Shown here: piece by piece, positions 16,241 to 26,300 of the stretch
Layout: each line of letters begins with the position of its first letter
Numbering within the stretch: the first letter of the stretch is position 1
Source: Patescibacteria group bacterium
GTDB lineage: Bacteria > Patescibacteriota > Minisyncoccia > Phycocordibacterales > Phycocordibacteraceae
Direction: 5' to 3'
Assembly (NCBI GenBank): GCA_019752595.1
Contig: JAIELV010000001.1
Coordinates: 56,486 to 120,485 of the forward strand
DNA length: 64,000 bases
The notes under the pieces: generated by a model
Databases searched by the model: none
The model's input: the letters and a program-made list of their open reading frames with translations, nothing else
What the model was told of the DNA's origin: nothing
Translations under genes and position numbers: made by a program

Positions 16241-16636
16241 ATGCAGAATAATCAGGACCAGGACTTTCTAGAGTACGTGATTAAAATGCTCGTCGACAAT
16301 CCCGACGATGTTAAGGTTGCACGCCAGGTAGACGAGATGGGCGTCCTTCTGACATTGGATGTTAATCCAGCGGATATGGGCAAGGTTATCGGAAGAAGTG
16401 GTAACACGGCAAAGGCAATTCGCATTTTGCTCCGCGTTGTCGGTATGAAAAATAACGCGCGCGTTAACCTCAAGATTAATGAACCTGCAGGTTCTACTCG
16501 TGGTATGGGTATGGGAGGAGGTCAAAATGGCGGTATGAGTCCGTCGTACGGCTCCACCGTTTCCATGAACGGAGGATCTGAGCAGGGTTCGGTATCCCGC
16601 GGTATCGATGAAGCTCTTGAAGATTTGAAACTCTAA
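16241..16636 (+). CDS. KH-domain RNA-binding protein (YlqC/UPF0109-like) with Gly-rich tail
   Basis: MGKVIGRSGNTAKAIRILLRVVG KH GXXG motif. In the position where ylqC is typically found after rpsP. Confidence 0.8.
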   Translation: MQNNQDQDFLEYVIKMLVDNPDDVKVARQVDEMGVLLTLDVNPADMGKVIGRSGNTAKAIRILLRVVGMKNNARVNLKINEPAGSTRGMGMGGGQNGGMSPSYGSTVSMNGGSEQGSVSRGIDEALEDLKL

Positions 16637-16645
16637 ACTGAAATT

Positions 16646-16683
16646 TAAAAACCCCGCCCTCTTAGAGAGGGCGGGGTTTTTTG
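16646..16683 (+). terminator. intrinsic terminator
   Basis: ccccgccctc-ttaga-gagggcgggg hairpin followed by a T-run. Confidence 0.75.
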
Positions 16684-16696
16684 TTCTTTTACAAAC

Positions 16697-17341
16697 TTGT
16701 ATAATTACTCATTGTGTGTTATAATATATATAATGAATCCGAGACGAGAAAGACAATTCGCGCACACCATTCCCGAGCGCGACAGGCGTAGTGCGGAAGT
16801 TTCCGAAGAAGGTTTTTTTACGCCGCGTGCTGAAGTGCGTGAAAATTTTGAAACTGTACATATGGCTGGCGGGCCTGATCATCGAGATGCCATAAGAGTT
16901 CTAGGAAAAAAAGCAGGTAGATGGGAATTTCCTGAAGGTTGGGAGAATGACCCAAGAAATAAACCTGCACAAGAACTGCGCGAAAAAAGAGCGCATACGG
17001 TACGAACGATACAAAGTATCTGTGCCTATCTTACTGGCGCGGGTCTTATGAATTTGTTTCAAGTTGAGGGAGCGCGTTTCGCGAATAATGCATTCGCTCC
17101 GTTTGCCCCGTATGCCGCATTCTTTCTCATGGGTGTTGCACTGTCGCGCTTCGAGTCAACTATACACACAAAAGGCCCCATCGGATTTTTGGGCACTATG
17201 TTTTCTGGTTTTGCGGGTCTTGCTGGGGTGCTTACAACGCTGGTCGCTGGGCTTTCGACCCTAACAGGGGCACCAACGCTCGTTGGTGAGGCAGCGGCAT
17301 TTTGGGCAGGTTTTTATGCAGGAAAAAAGTGGAAAGGGTAA
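16697..17341 (+). CDS. hypothetical membrane protein
   Basis: Probable start ATG at 16733 (MNPRRE...), with TATAAT 6 nt upstream. The C-terminal half has hydrophobic Gly/Ala-rich TM segments. Confidence 0.5.
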   Translation: MYNYSLCVIIYIMNPRRERQFAHTIPERDRRSAEVSEEGFFTPRAEVRENFETVHMAGGPDHRDAIRVLGKKAGRWEFPEGWENDPRNKPAQELREKRAHTVRTIQSICAYLTGAGLMNLFQVEGARFANNAFAPFAPYAAFFLMGVALSRFESTIHTKGPIGFLGTMFSGFAGLAGVLTTLVAGLSTLTGAPTLVGEAAAFWAGFYAGKKWKG

Positions 17342-17602
17342 TTTTATTTCGTGTACAATTTTTACTATGATTAGAATCGGAGGAGGTGATGGACCAAGAA
17401 GAGTGAATCCCATTGAGCCTGGCGGTAGGGCAGGCGACAAAAAAAGAGATGAGCCAGTTCGCGCTCCTGTGCCTGCGAAAAAACCTGAAGGTGAAGAGGC
17501 TGTTGAGCCACGTCCGCGTCGATTACCTGACCCTGGCACAGGCGAAAATATCGATATAGAGGTGTAGTTGAATTTTCTATAAAAACGTTGCATAGTCCAT
17601 AG

Positions 17603-17935
17603 ATGGCGCGAGAAAGAGAAAGGGGCTATAGGCCATCTTGGGACGTTCTCGGAACTGCAGCTGGCGTTACACTCGCTACGTGGGCATTTCGGGACCAAGG
17701 TGCGGCGGTATGGGTTGGTGTTTCCACTTTACCTGCAGTCGTCGCTGGCTTACTGAACAAAAGGAAATTCGCCTATTCCGTTCTGATCGGTTCTGGTGGT
17801 TCCGCAGTTACAGGCGATGGATTGGCATATTTTGCTATGTCATGTGTAGCTGCTTTTTTTGGAAGTGTTGCGTACGTAAACCGAACAAAACATACAAATT
17901 ACGATCATCGTGATGACGGAGAGGATATACACTAG
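17603..17935 (+). CDS. hypothetical small membrane protein
   Basis: Three predicted hydrophobic segments. No motif recognised. Confidence 0.45.
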   Translation: MARERERGYRPSWDVLGTAAGVTLATWAFRDQGAAVWVGVSTLPAVVAGLLNKRKFAYSVLIGSGGSAVTGDGLAYFAMSCVAAFFGSVAYVNRTKHTNYDHRDDGEDIH

Positions 17936-17940
17936 GTTTT

Positions 17941-18585
17941 ATGAACTTCCACGTCGTTACACTTTTTCCCGAGTCGTTTGATTCTTACATCAACGCTTCC
18001 ATTATTGGACGCGCGGTTCGTGAAAAGAAAATAAAAGTTAAGTTCTACAATCCGCGTGATTTCACGGCTGATAAATTTCAACGTGTTGATCGCCGTCCGT
18101 ACGGAGGTGGCCCAGGAATGGTTCTTGAGCCTGAATCAATACTGAAAGCAGTTCAGAAAGCGCTCGGAAAAAAGAAAGGTGTTGTGTATTTTTTTGATAC
18201 TTCAGGAAAACAATTTACAAATATTGAGGCACGCTCGCTCGCGAAGAAAACGAAAGATATCGTTTTCATTTGCGGTCACTATGAAGGCGTTGACGCTCGC
18301 GTGCAGAAGATACTCAAGGCAAAGAAAATTTCCGTGGGTCCGTATACGCTGACGGGAGGAGAATTACCCGCAATGCTCGTTATTGATGCGGTATCACGCC
18401 AGATCCCTGGAGTTCTGGGAAAGTTTGAGTCAGTAGAAGAGGAGCGTGTTGCAAGTGCCGAAGTGTATACGCGTCCAGAAATTTTTGTGTGGAAAGGGAA
18501 GAAATATCGCGTACCGAAAGTGCTTCTCTCAGGAAATCACGCAAAAATTGATGAGTGGAAAACGAGGGCTCGTAAAAACGTATAA
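17941..18585 (+). CDS. trmD: tRNA (guanine37-N1)-methyltransferase
   Basis: MNFHVVTLFPE...RRPYGGGPGMVL TrmD signature. Short form, 214 aa. Confidence 0.95.
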   Translation: MNFHVVTLFPESFDSYINASIIGRAVREKKIKVKFYNPRDFTADKFQRVDRRPYGGGPGMVLEPESILKAVQKALGKKKGVVYFFDTSGKQFTNIEARSLAKKTKDIVFICGHYEGVDARVQKILKAKKISVGPYTLTGGELPAMLVIDAVSRQIPGVLGKFESVEEERVASAEVYTRPEIFVWKGKKYRVPKVLLSGNHAKIDEWKTRARKNV

Positions 18586-18588
18586 CGT

Positions 18589-19557
18589 ATGTCAAAGTCA
18601 TTCACCCCAGAATCAATTCGTCCTCCTGAAGATATACGCTGGCATCTCGCAAAACGAACGGACATAAGTCCAATCGTACGGAGAGTAAAGCGAGGAGAAA
18701 AAATTCTTGAAACTCGCTCCGTTCATCCTGAGGATAGGTCTGAGGCTCGACGTATTTGGGATGCTGTAAAACCCCAGCGCTCTGCATTTCACGCGCTCTT
18801 CATAGAAGAGGCATTTGCAATGATGAAGCTTGAAAATAATGCAGGTGAAGTCCCTGAAGACCCCCGCCAGGCGCTCAGGGCATTGAAAAGTTTTACGGGA
18901 GGTATACTGTATTCAAGTTTTACTCGTCTCGTACATCAATTACGAAATCCTGAGCGACCGCTTGCGGAACATAATCCCGAATTGCAGACGGCCTTTAACG
19001 CATATTCTCCTTTAATGGAGATGTATCAAGTTTATTTGGCAGACGAACGGGCGCAGGTACGTACCGCAGAGCTTTTACTTCTCGGTTCAGGTGTAAAGAC
19101 GGGGATAGAGATGACCTGGGCAACCGTTGAGGCGTTACCCATTCTTGCGAAACAGCAAGGAATTACTCTCACGGTTACGGAAGCGCGCGCGTGCCTGGAG
19201 CCCGCGTTACGAGCCACAGCTCTTACAGGAACGGGATTTAATCTCGAGCACATGGGAGAAATCTTGAAGCACATGTTCATTCAAGACAGGACAACCGGGG
19301 AGCACTCAGTAGACCCTACATTTTTTATTTTGCAGAAGACGGGCACAGGATACACGCTCGGTTTTAACTGGCAGAAAATACGTTCCCTCGAGCATCCGCT
19401 CGGAGGTCCGCTTTTTTCTACTGATGCTCAGACAGTCACTACGGGGTGCCCCATACGTCATGCGAGAGGAAGTGACGGTAGGGAAGTTCTCCATTCGTAT
19501 TTTGAGTGGGTTTTGGATTTAGCGGAAAAATCATTTCTCCCCAAGGTCTGCGCATAG
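18589..19557 (+). CDS. hypothetical protein, full-length founder of a paralogous family (truncated copies at 11.2-12.7 kb)
   Basis: 322 aa, soluble, no known motif recognised. Occupies the position where rplS usually follows trmD. Blocks conserved with the 11758, 12113 and 11254 ORFs are listed under those features. Confidence 0.6.
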   Translation: MSKSFTPESIRPPEDIRWHLAKRTDISPIVRRVKRGEKILETRSVHPEDRSEARRIWDAVKPQRSAFHALFIEEAFAMMKLENNAGEVPEDPRQALRALKSFTGGILYSSFTRLVHQLRNPERPLAEHNPELQTAFNAYSPLMEMYQVYLADERAQVRTAELLLLGSGVKTGIEMTWATVEALPILAKQQGITLTVTEARACLEPALRATALTGTGFNLEHMGEILKHMFIQDRTTGEHSVDPTFFILQKTGTGYTLGFNWQKIRSLEHPLGGPLFSTDAQTVTTGCPIRHARGSDGREVLHSYFEWVLDLAEKSFLPKVCA

Positions 19558-19633
19558 CTTACTGATGTGATTCCTCAAGTCAAAAAAATAAAAAAATTTG
19601 CGAAATGAATTCTGATGCGGTAGTGTCAGAGTA

Positions 19634-19903
19634 ATGACAGGAAAAGACAGACGCGTTACAGGGTTCCCGCTTATACCGCGTGAGATACCCGAACACAAAA
19701 TGCCTTTTGTCGAGACGTTTACCCAAAGAATCTTGGCGGGGCTCTCAAAAGAGATAGCAACACTAGATCCTGAAACGCAGAGGGCGGAGGTGGGTAACAT
19801 TATCTATCACGATCTTCACGATGAGGGTTTTGACGACAGGCTGATAATCACCGTACGAGAACTAATTGTGGCTGAATTGAGGCAGCCTAAAAGAGGGGAA
19901 TAA
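19634..19903 (+). CDS. hypothetical small protein (89 aa), partner gene of the 18589 family
   Basis: Its 5' region AGAGTAATGACA...CGTTACAG is duplicated at nucleotide level at 11116-11150. The protein resembles the 12653 ORF. Confidence 0.5.
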   Translation: MTGKDRRVTGFPLIPREIPEHKMPFVETFTQRILAGLSKEIATLDPETQRAEVGNIIYHDLHDEGFDDRLIITVRELIVAELRQPKRGE

Positions 19904-19908
19904 CCCAG

Positions 19909-19938
19909 TTGACGCGCCGTACGCATCGGGGGTATACT
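19909..19938 (+). promoter_or_regulatory. sigma-70-type promoter for the rpoBC leader
   Basis: TTGACG-N18-TATACT, with a ~210-nt untranslated leader before the rpoB ATG. Confidence 0.45.
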
Positions 19939-20150
19939 CCTGTGTAACCACTTTTGATTGTGTTTTGAGGGGCGGTGGCGTTTAAATAATCAAGTCCGAG
20001 AAAGCGAGACGCGCTTTTTGTGCGTTTCGTTGGCATCTTGTCTGAACAACAAATGCACTTGGATTTTCTAAAACGGGATACCGTTAAGAAAATCTCGGCG
20101 TGTGTTTTTTTATCAGCGTCTATTACCAATAGCACTCTTAATTAACAGTC

Positions 20151-23100
20151 ATGCAAAAGCCACTCCCTCAGAAGCGTTTCTCCAGACACCGCGAGCCCAT
20201 GGTCCCCATGCCGGACTTGGTCGCGCCACAGGTCGCCAGCTTCCGCGCATTCATTGCGGACGGACTGAAAGACCTCTTCAAAGAATTTTCACCTATCGTC
20301 GATTATTCGAAAAAGAAATTTGAACTCGAGTTCGTTTCTTTCGAAATCGGAGAGCCGAAGGTAGATGAATACGGAGCAAAGGAAAATAAACTGACTTATG
20401 ACGCACCCTTGAAGGCGCAGATTCGCCTCACGAACAAAACTGCAGGCACGAAAAAAGAGCAAACTATTTTCCTTGCAGATTTCCCGATAATGACCGAGCA
20501 CGGTACGTTCGTGATAAACGGCGTAGAGCGCGTCATTGTTCCTCAGCTCGCACGTTCATTCGGTGTCTTTTTCGCTGCAGGTGAATCACGAAACAAGATT
20601 TGTTTCGGTGCAAAAGTGATTCCTGCTCGTGGCGCATGGATTGAAATCGATTCAGAGTCGGACGGTGCTATCTACGTAAAAATTGACCGCAAGCGCAAAT
20701 TCCCAATCACTACACTCCTCCGCATTTTGGGCGCATCTTTTGACCGCGACATGCTCACGTTGTTTGAGCGCATTCCAGGAGGTAAAGCGTCGATTCAGGC
20801 ATCACTTGAAAAGGATTCCGCAAAGACGATTGAACAGGCATATATAGAGATATACCGCCGCCTCCGCGACGGCGACTTGGCAACCCCTGATACCGCACGT
20901 GAATACGTTAAGGGCATTTTCTCAGGCGAGCGCTACGACCTCTCATACCCTGGTCGTCACCGATTCAATCAGCGCTTCAACCGTTCGATGGACAAAAAGG
21001 ACCTCGAAGAGCGCACGCTTTCTTTGGACGACATCGTTCTTATTGTTTCTCACATCATTGAGCTCAACAACACTCCTGGTGCTGAAGGCGATGACATCGA
21101 CCACCTCGGTTTCCGCCGCGTGAGACAGGTGGGTGAACTTTTGGAAGCACGCGTTCGCGTTGGTCTTTCTCGTATGAAGAGAAATATCCAGGACAAGATG
21201 TCGACGATTGATATCGAAACCCAACTTCCAACTGCGTTGGTGAACCCGCGCCCTCTTGCCGCTGCAATCAAAGAATTCTTTACTGCAAACCAGCTGTCAC
21301 AGCTCGCGGCGCAGCAAAACATTTTGGACGAGCTTGAAAACCTGCGCACCGTATCAGCGCTCGGTCCTGGCGGTCTTACGCGCGAACGTGCAGGCTTTGA
21401 AGTCCGCGACGTGCACACCAGCCACTACGGCCGTTTGTGCCCAATTCAAACTCCTGAAGGACAGAACATCGGTCTTATTTTGCGTCTCGCAACATACGCT
21501 CGTATCAACGATTTCGGATTGATTGAAACGCCATACGCAAAAGTCGTGAACGGCAAAGTGACGGACGACATTGTCTACTTGAATGCATTCGAAGAAGAAC
21601 AGCATCCGATTGCGCATGCTGCTGTGAAAATTTCACCTGACGGAAAATTGCTTGATGCATACGTTGAGTGCCGCTTGAGAGGTGAACCAGTTCTTACGGA
21701 GCCGAATGAAGTGAAGTACATGGACATCGCTACCAATCAGATGTTCTCAATCGCAACATCAATGATTCCGTTCGTTGAGAATGACGATGCAAACCGCGCA
21801 TTGATGGGTTCAAACATGCAGAAGCAGGCAACGCCGTGCGTTGTGCCTGAAGTACCGATTGTTGCAACGGGTATTGAAGAAATGGCAGCTAGGGACACGG
21901 GGCGCTTGCTCTACGCAAAGGAAGCAGGAACCGTTACCGCAGTCGACTCGAAGAAAATTGTAGTCACGGATGACAAAGGCAAGAAGCACGAGTACACGCT
22001 TGTGCCTCTTTCGATGACGAACGAATTTTCAGCATTCAATCATCGCCCCGCAGTAAATCTTGGTAAGAAGGTGAAGCGCGGAGATTTGCTCGCAGACACA
22101 TCATCAACCGCAAACGGACAGTTGGCCTTGGGTCAGAACGTGCGCGTGGCGTTCATGTCATGGAGCGGTGCAAACTACGAAGACGCAATCATCATCTCGG
22201 AGCGATTGGTGCAGAACAACAAGTTCTCAACTATCCACATTGAAGAATTCGAAGTTGCGGTTCGCGACACAAAGCTTGGTCCCGAGGTGACGACGCCTGA
22301 CATACCAAACGTTTCAGAAACGAAACTCAGAAACCTTGATGAAGAGGGTGTTATTCGCGTTGGTGCGGAGGTCCGCCCTGGCGACATTCTTGTCGGTAAA
22401 GTAACGCCAAAAGGTGAAACACAGCTCACGCCTGAAGAACGTCTCTTGCGCTCTATCTTCGGCGATAAAGCTAAGGACGTGAAAGACACATCGCTTCGCA
22501 TGGAAGGAGGAAAGCGCGGTCGCGTTATTGGCGTGCGCGTATTTTCACGCGAGCGTGGTGACACATTGGAATCTGGAACGATAAAGAAAATTTACATTAC
22601 GATTGCACAGCTTCGAAACGTATCAGTGGGCGACAAGCTTGCAGGACGTCACGGAAACAAGGGTGTTATTTCACGCGTGCTTCCAGTTGAAGACATGCCG
22701 TACTCAGAAGACGGTCAGCCCATTGATGTCATTTTGACTCCTTTGGGCGTTCCGAGCCGTATGAACTTGGGCCAGATATTGGAGATGCACTTGGGTCTTG
22801 CAGCACACACGCTTGGGTATCAAGCAATCATTCCTCCGTTTACAGGTGCAACAGAAGCTGAAATTCGTTCTGAACTCGAGACTGCAGGTTTTCCTCCATC
22901 AGGCACGATGAATTTGTTTGACGGAAGAACGGGAGAAAGATTTGAGCAACAGATTGCGGTCGGGTACATGTACATCTTGAAATTGCACCACATGGTGGAA
23001 GACAAGATACACATGCGCTCAATCGGTCCGTACTCTCTTATTACGCAACAGCCACTTGGAGGAAAAGCACAAAACGGAGGTCAGCGATTCGGAGAGATGG

Positions 23101-23360
23101 AAGTGTGGGCACTTCTGGGTTACGGGGCAGCATACACGCTTCGCGAAATGCTCACGATTAAGTCAGACGATATTCAGGGAAGAAGCGCCGCATTCGATGC
23201 CATTGTGAAACAGAAACCGATTGAACTTTCGAACACCCCTGCAGCATTCAACGTCTTGGTGAACCACTTACGAGGATTGTGTCTTGACGTCATTCTTGGA
23301 AAACCAGGAGGGGATGAAATTAGTAGCCCGCGCGGAAGGCGCTCATCAAATTCTAACTAA
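20151..23360 (+). CDS. rpoB: DNA-directed RNA polymerase beta subunit
   Basis: Conserved RpoB blocks throughout, for example GRHGNKGVISRV and NGGQRFGEMEVWAL. Compact 1069-aa form. Confidence 0.98.
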   Translation: MQKPLPQKRFSRHREPMVPMPDLVAPQVASFRAFIADGLKDLFKEFSPIVDYSKKKFELEFVSFEIGEPKVDEYGAKENKLTYDAPLKAQIRLTNKTAGTKKEQTIFLADFPIMTEHGTFVINGVERVIVPQLARSFGVFFAAGESRNKICFGAKVIPARGAWIEIDSESDGAIYVKIDRKRKFPITTLLRILGASFDRDMLTLFERIPGGKASIQASLEKDSAKTIEQAYIEIYRRLRDGDLATPDTAREYVKGIFSGERYDLSYPGRHRFNQRFNRSMDKKDLEERTLSLDDIVLIVSHIIELNNTPGAEGDDIDHLGFRRVRQVGELLEARVRVGLSRMKRNIQDKMSTIDIETQLPTALVNPRPLAAAIKEFFTANQLSQLAAQQNILDELENLRTVSALGPGGLTRERAGFEVRDVHTSHYGRLCPIQTPEGQNIGLILRLATYARINDFGLIETPYAKVVNGKVTDDIVYLNAFEEEQHPIAHAAVKISPDGKLLDAYVECRLRGEPVLTEPNEVKYMDIATNQMFSIATSMIPFVENDDANRALMGSNMQKQATPCVVPEVPIVATGIEEMAARDTGRLLYAKEAGTVTAVDSKKIVVTDDKGKKHEYTLVPLSMTNEFSAFNHRPAVNLGKKVKRGDLLADTSSTANGQLALGQNVRVAFMSWSGANYEDAIIISERLVQNNKFSTIHIEEFEVAVRDTKLGPEVTTPDIPNVSETKLRNLDEEGVIRVGAEVRPGDILVGKVTPKGETQLTPEERLLRSIFGDKAKDVKDTSLRMEGGKRGRVIGVRVFSRERGDTLESGTIKKIYITIAQLRNVSVGDKLAGRHGNKGVISRVLPVEDMPYSEDGQPIDVILTPLGVPSRMNLGQILEMHLGLAAHTLGYQAIIPPFTGATEAEIRSELETAGFPPSGTMNLFDGRTGERFEQQIAVGYMYILKLHHMVEDKIHMRSIGPYSLITQQPLGGKAQNGGQRFGEMEVWALLGYGAAYTLREMLTIKSDDIQGRSAAFDAIVKQKPIELSNTPAAFNVLVNHLRGLCLDVILGKPGGDEISSPRGRRSSNSN

Positions 23361-23365
23361 CGCGT

Positions 23366-26300
23366 ATGGATCAAAAAAAAGGAAAAATAATTGATACGTC
23401 GCGCTTTGATTGGATTGCACTCAAGGTTGCAAGTCCTGAGCGCATTTTGGATTGGTCGTGGGGCGAAATCCGCAAACCTGAAACGATTAACTATCGTACG
23501 CAACGTTCTGAAAAAGACGGTTTGTTTGATGAGCGCATTTTCGGTCCTGAGCGCGACTTCGAATGTTACTGCGGTAAATACAAAGGCCCTCGTTTCCGTG
23601 GAATTATCTGCGAGAAATGTGGTGTTGAAGTTACTCGCTCTATCGTTCGTCGTGACCGCATGGGCCACATTGAACTGGCGACCCCTGTTGCGCACATTTG
23701 GTTCTTGCGCTCGGTTCCTTCACGAATCGCACTCATTCTTGGTACCTCTGCTATTGATGCAGAAAAAGTTGTCTATTTTGCAGGCTATATCGTCACCAAA
23801 CTTCACACTGAAGAGCGCGACCGCCTCTTGCGTGAACTCGAATCCGAATACAAAGCGAAAGTAAAAGCGGTGACGAATGACAAAGCGCAGACAGAACTCA
23901 AGTCATTGATGACTGCGGCAAAAGCTGATATTGATCGCATTCGTCCTGGCGTTGTCTTGGACGAGATGGAGTACCACCGTTTCTCGGTAAAATACGGCAC
24001 ATTCTTTGAAGCAGGTATCGGCGCAGAAGCTATCTACACCATATTTAAGGGTCTCGATATGGATAAGCTCGCGAAAGAGCTTGAAACCAATCTTTTGAAG
24101 GCAGGTGCTGCAGAGCGCGAAAAATTGAACAAGCGATTGTCGCTGGTTCGTTCAATGATTAAGGCAAACGTTCGCCCTGAGTGGATGTTTCTGACACGCA
24201 TTCCTGTTACTCCTCCTGCCCTTCGTCCGATGGTTGCTCTTGAGTCAGGCCGTCACGCAACTTCAGACGTCAACGACCTCTACCGCCGCGTAATTAACCG
24301 CAACAACCGTTTGATGAAGTTGCGTGATATTTCAGCTCCTGAAGTAATTCTCCGAAACGAAAAACGCATTCTTCAGGAAGCTGTTGACGCACTTTTGGAC
24401 AACACTATCCGCCGAGGCGGTGCGGCATTCTCCGCACAAAGTCAGGCACAGCGCCGACCGCTTAAGTCTCTTGCTGACTACCTTAAATCAAAGCAAGGAT
24501 ACTTCCGCTTTAACCTTCTTGGTAAGCGTGTCGACTATTCAGGTCGCTCCGTAATTGTCGTCGGTCCTGACTTGGACTTGGACGAATGTGGTCTTCCGAA
24601 GAAAATGGCACTTGAGCTTTTCCGCCCGTTTGTTATTGCAAAACTATTGGATCGTGAACTTGCACACAACATTCGCGGTGCAGGACGATTGATTGAAGAA
24701 GGAATTCCAGAAGTGTGGGCAATTCTTGAAGAGGTGATTAAGGGTAAGCACGTTCTTTTGAACCGCGCACCGACATTGCACCGTCAGGGTATTCAGGCGT
24801 TCCGCCCGCGCCTCATTGAAGGTAACGCTATTCAGTTGCATCCGTTGGTGTGTCCTGCGTTTAACGCAGACTTCGACGGCGACCAAATGGCCGTACACGT
24901 GCCGTTGTCCGAGGAAGCTCAGATGGAAGCTGCAACGATTATGTCAGCAGCTAGAAACGTGTTGAAGCCGGGCTCAGGCCAGCCAGTTATTTTCGAGAAG
25001 CCCTTGGATATTGCTCTCGGTATTTACTGGATGACACGCGATAAATCAGGCGAGAAGGGTGAAGGTAAATTCTTCCCAAGTCCGAACGCAGCTATTCTTG
25101 CGTACGATTTCGGTGACGTTGGTATTCACGCAAAAATTTTGGTTGAACCAACTGAAGGTAATGCAAAATATGCACAGTTTAAAGGACAGCGCTTCGAGAC
25201 CACTATCGGACGCCTCTTGTTTAACTCTGCGCTTCCAAAGGATTACCCGTACATTAATTCCGAAGTCCGCAAGAAGGAGCTTTCGAAACTTGTTGATGAT
25301 GTCATCAAGGTGTACGGACTCCAGCAAACGCCAAAAATCTTGGACAAGATTAAGCACTACGGATTCCAGTTCGCGACACGCTCAGGTGTTTCATTCTCAT
25401 TCGATGACCTTGCAGTTCCTGAGGCAAAGAAGAAAATCATCCACGATGCCCGCACGGAAGCGCAAGAAATTTCTGACCAGTATGAAAACGGTCTTTTGAC
25501 TGCAGACGAGAAGCTTCGCCTTACGGTTGAAGTATGGCAGAAAGCTATCGGCGACATAGAAAAAGAAATTCTTCCTGCCTTGGATAAAAACTCATCGGTC
25601 TACACGATGGTGGTTTCAGGTGCCCGAGGTTCTGCTCGCCAGCTCTCGCAGATGGCAGGTATGAAAGGCTTGGTGACAAACACCAAAGGAGAAGTCATTG
25701 AATTCCCAGTCGTATCTTCAATGAAAGAAGGTTTGACGCCGACAGAATATTTCACCACGACTCACGGTTCACGAAAAGGTTTGACCGACACCGCGCTCAA
25801 AACTGCGCACGCAGGATACCTCACGCGCCGACTGTTCGATGTTGCGCAGGACATTACCGTTTCTGTTGATGACTGTGGTGCGAAAGCGGGTATTACGGTT
25901 CGCCGTATCCGTCCTTCAGGTATCGAAGCAGATCTTGCGAAATTGATTGTTGGTCGCGTATTGGCGCGCGAAGTTGAGGCAGGAGGAAAAACCTTTAAGA
26001 AAGGCACACTCCTCAACATTGAAGAAGCGAAAATGATTGCAGCAACTGATATTGCTGAAGTCGCAGTACGCTCGCCGATGGGTTGTATCGCTGAAAAAGG
26101 TATTTGTCAGAAATGCTATGGCGCAGACCTCGCGACGCGCGAATTGATTGATATTGGTGAAGCGGTCGGTACGATTGCCGCACAAGCTATCGGTGAACCA
26201 GGAACTCAGCTCACTATGCGTACTTTCCACACAGGAGGTGTGGCTACAATTGGCGGCGACATTACGCACGGTCTTCCGCGCGTTGAAGAGCTCTTCGATA

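Noticed and set aside
20151-23360. Possibility that the short RpoB (1069 aa) is truncated or split
   Set aside because: All conserved RpoB blocks appear in order, and the frame runs without interruption to a stop 5 bp before rpoC. It is a compact orthologue, consistent with the other shortened proteins here.
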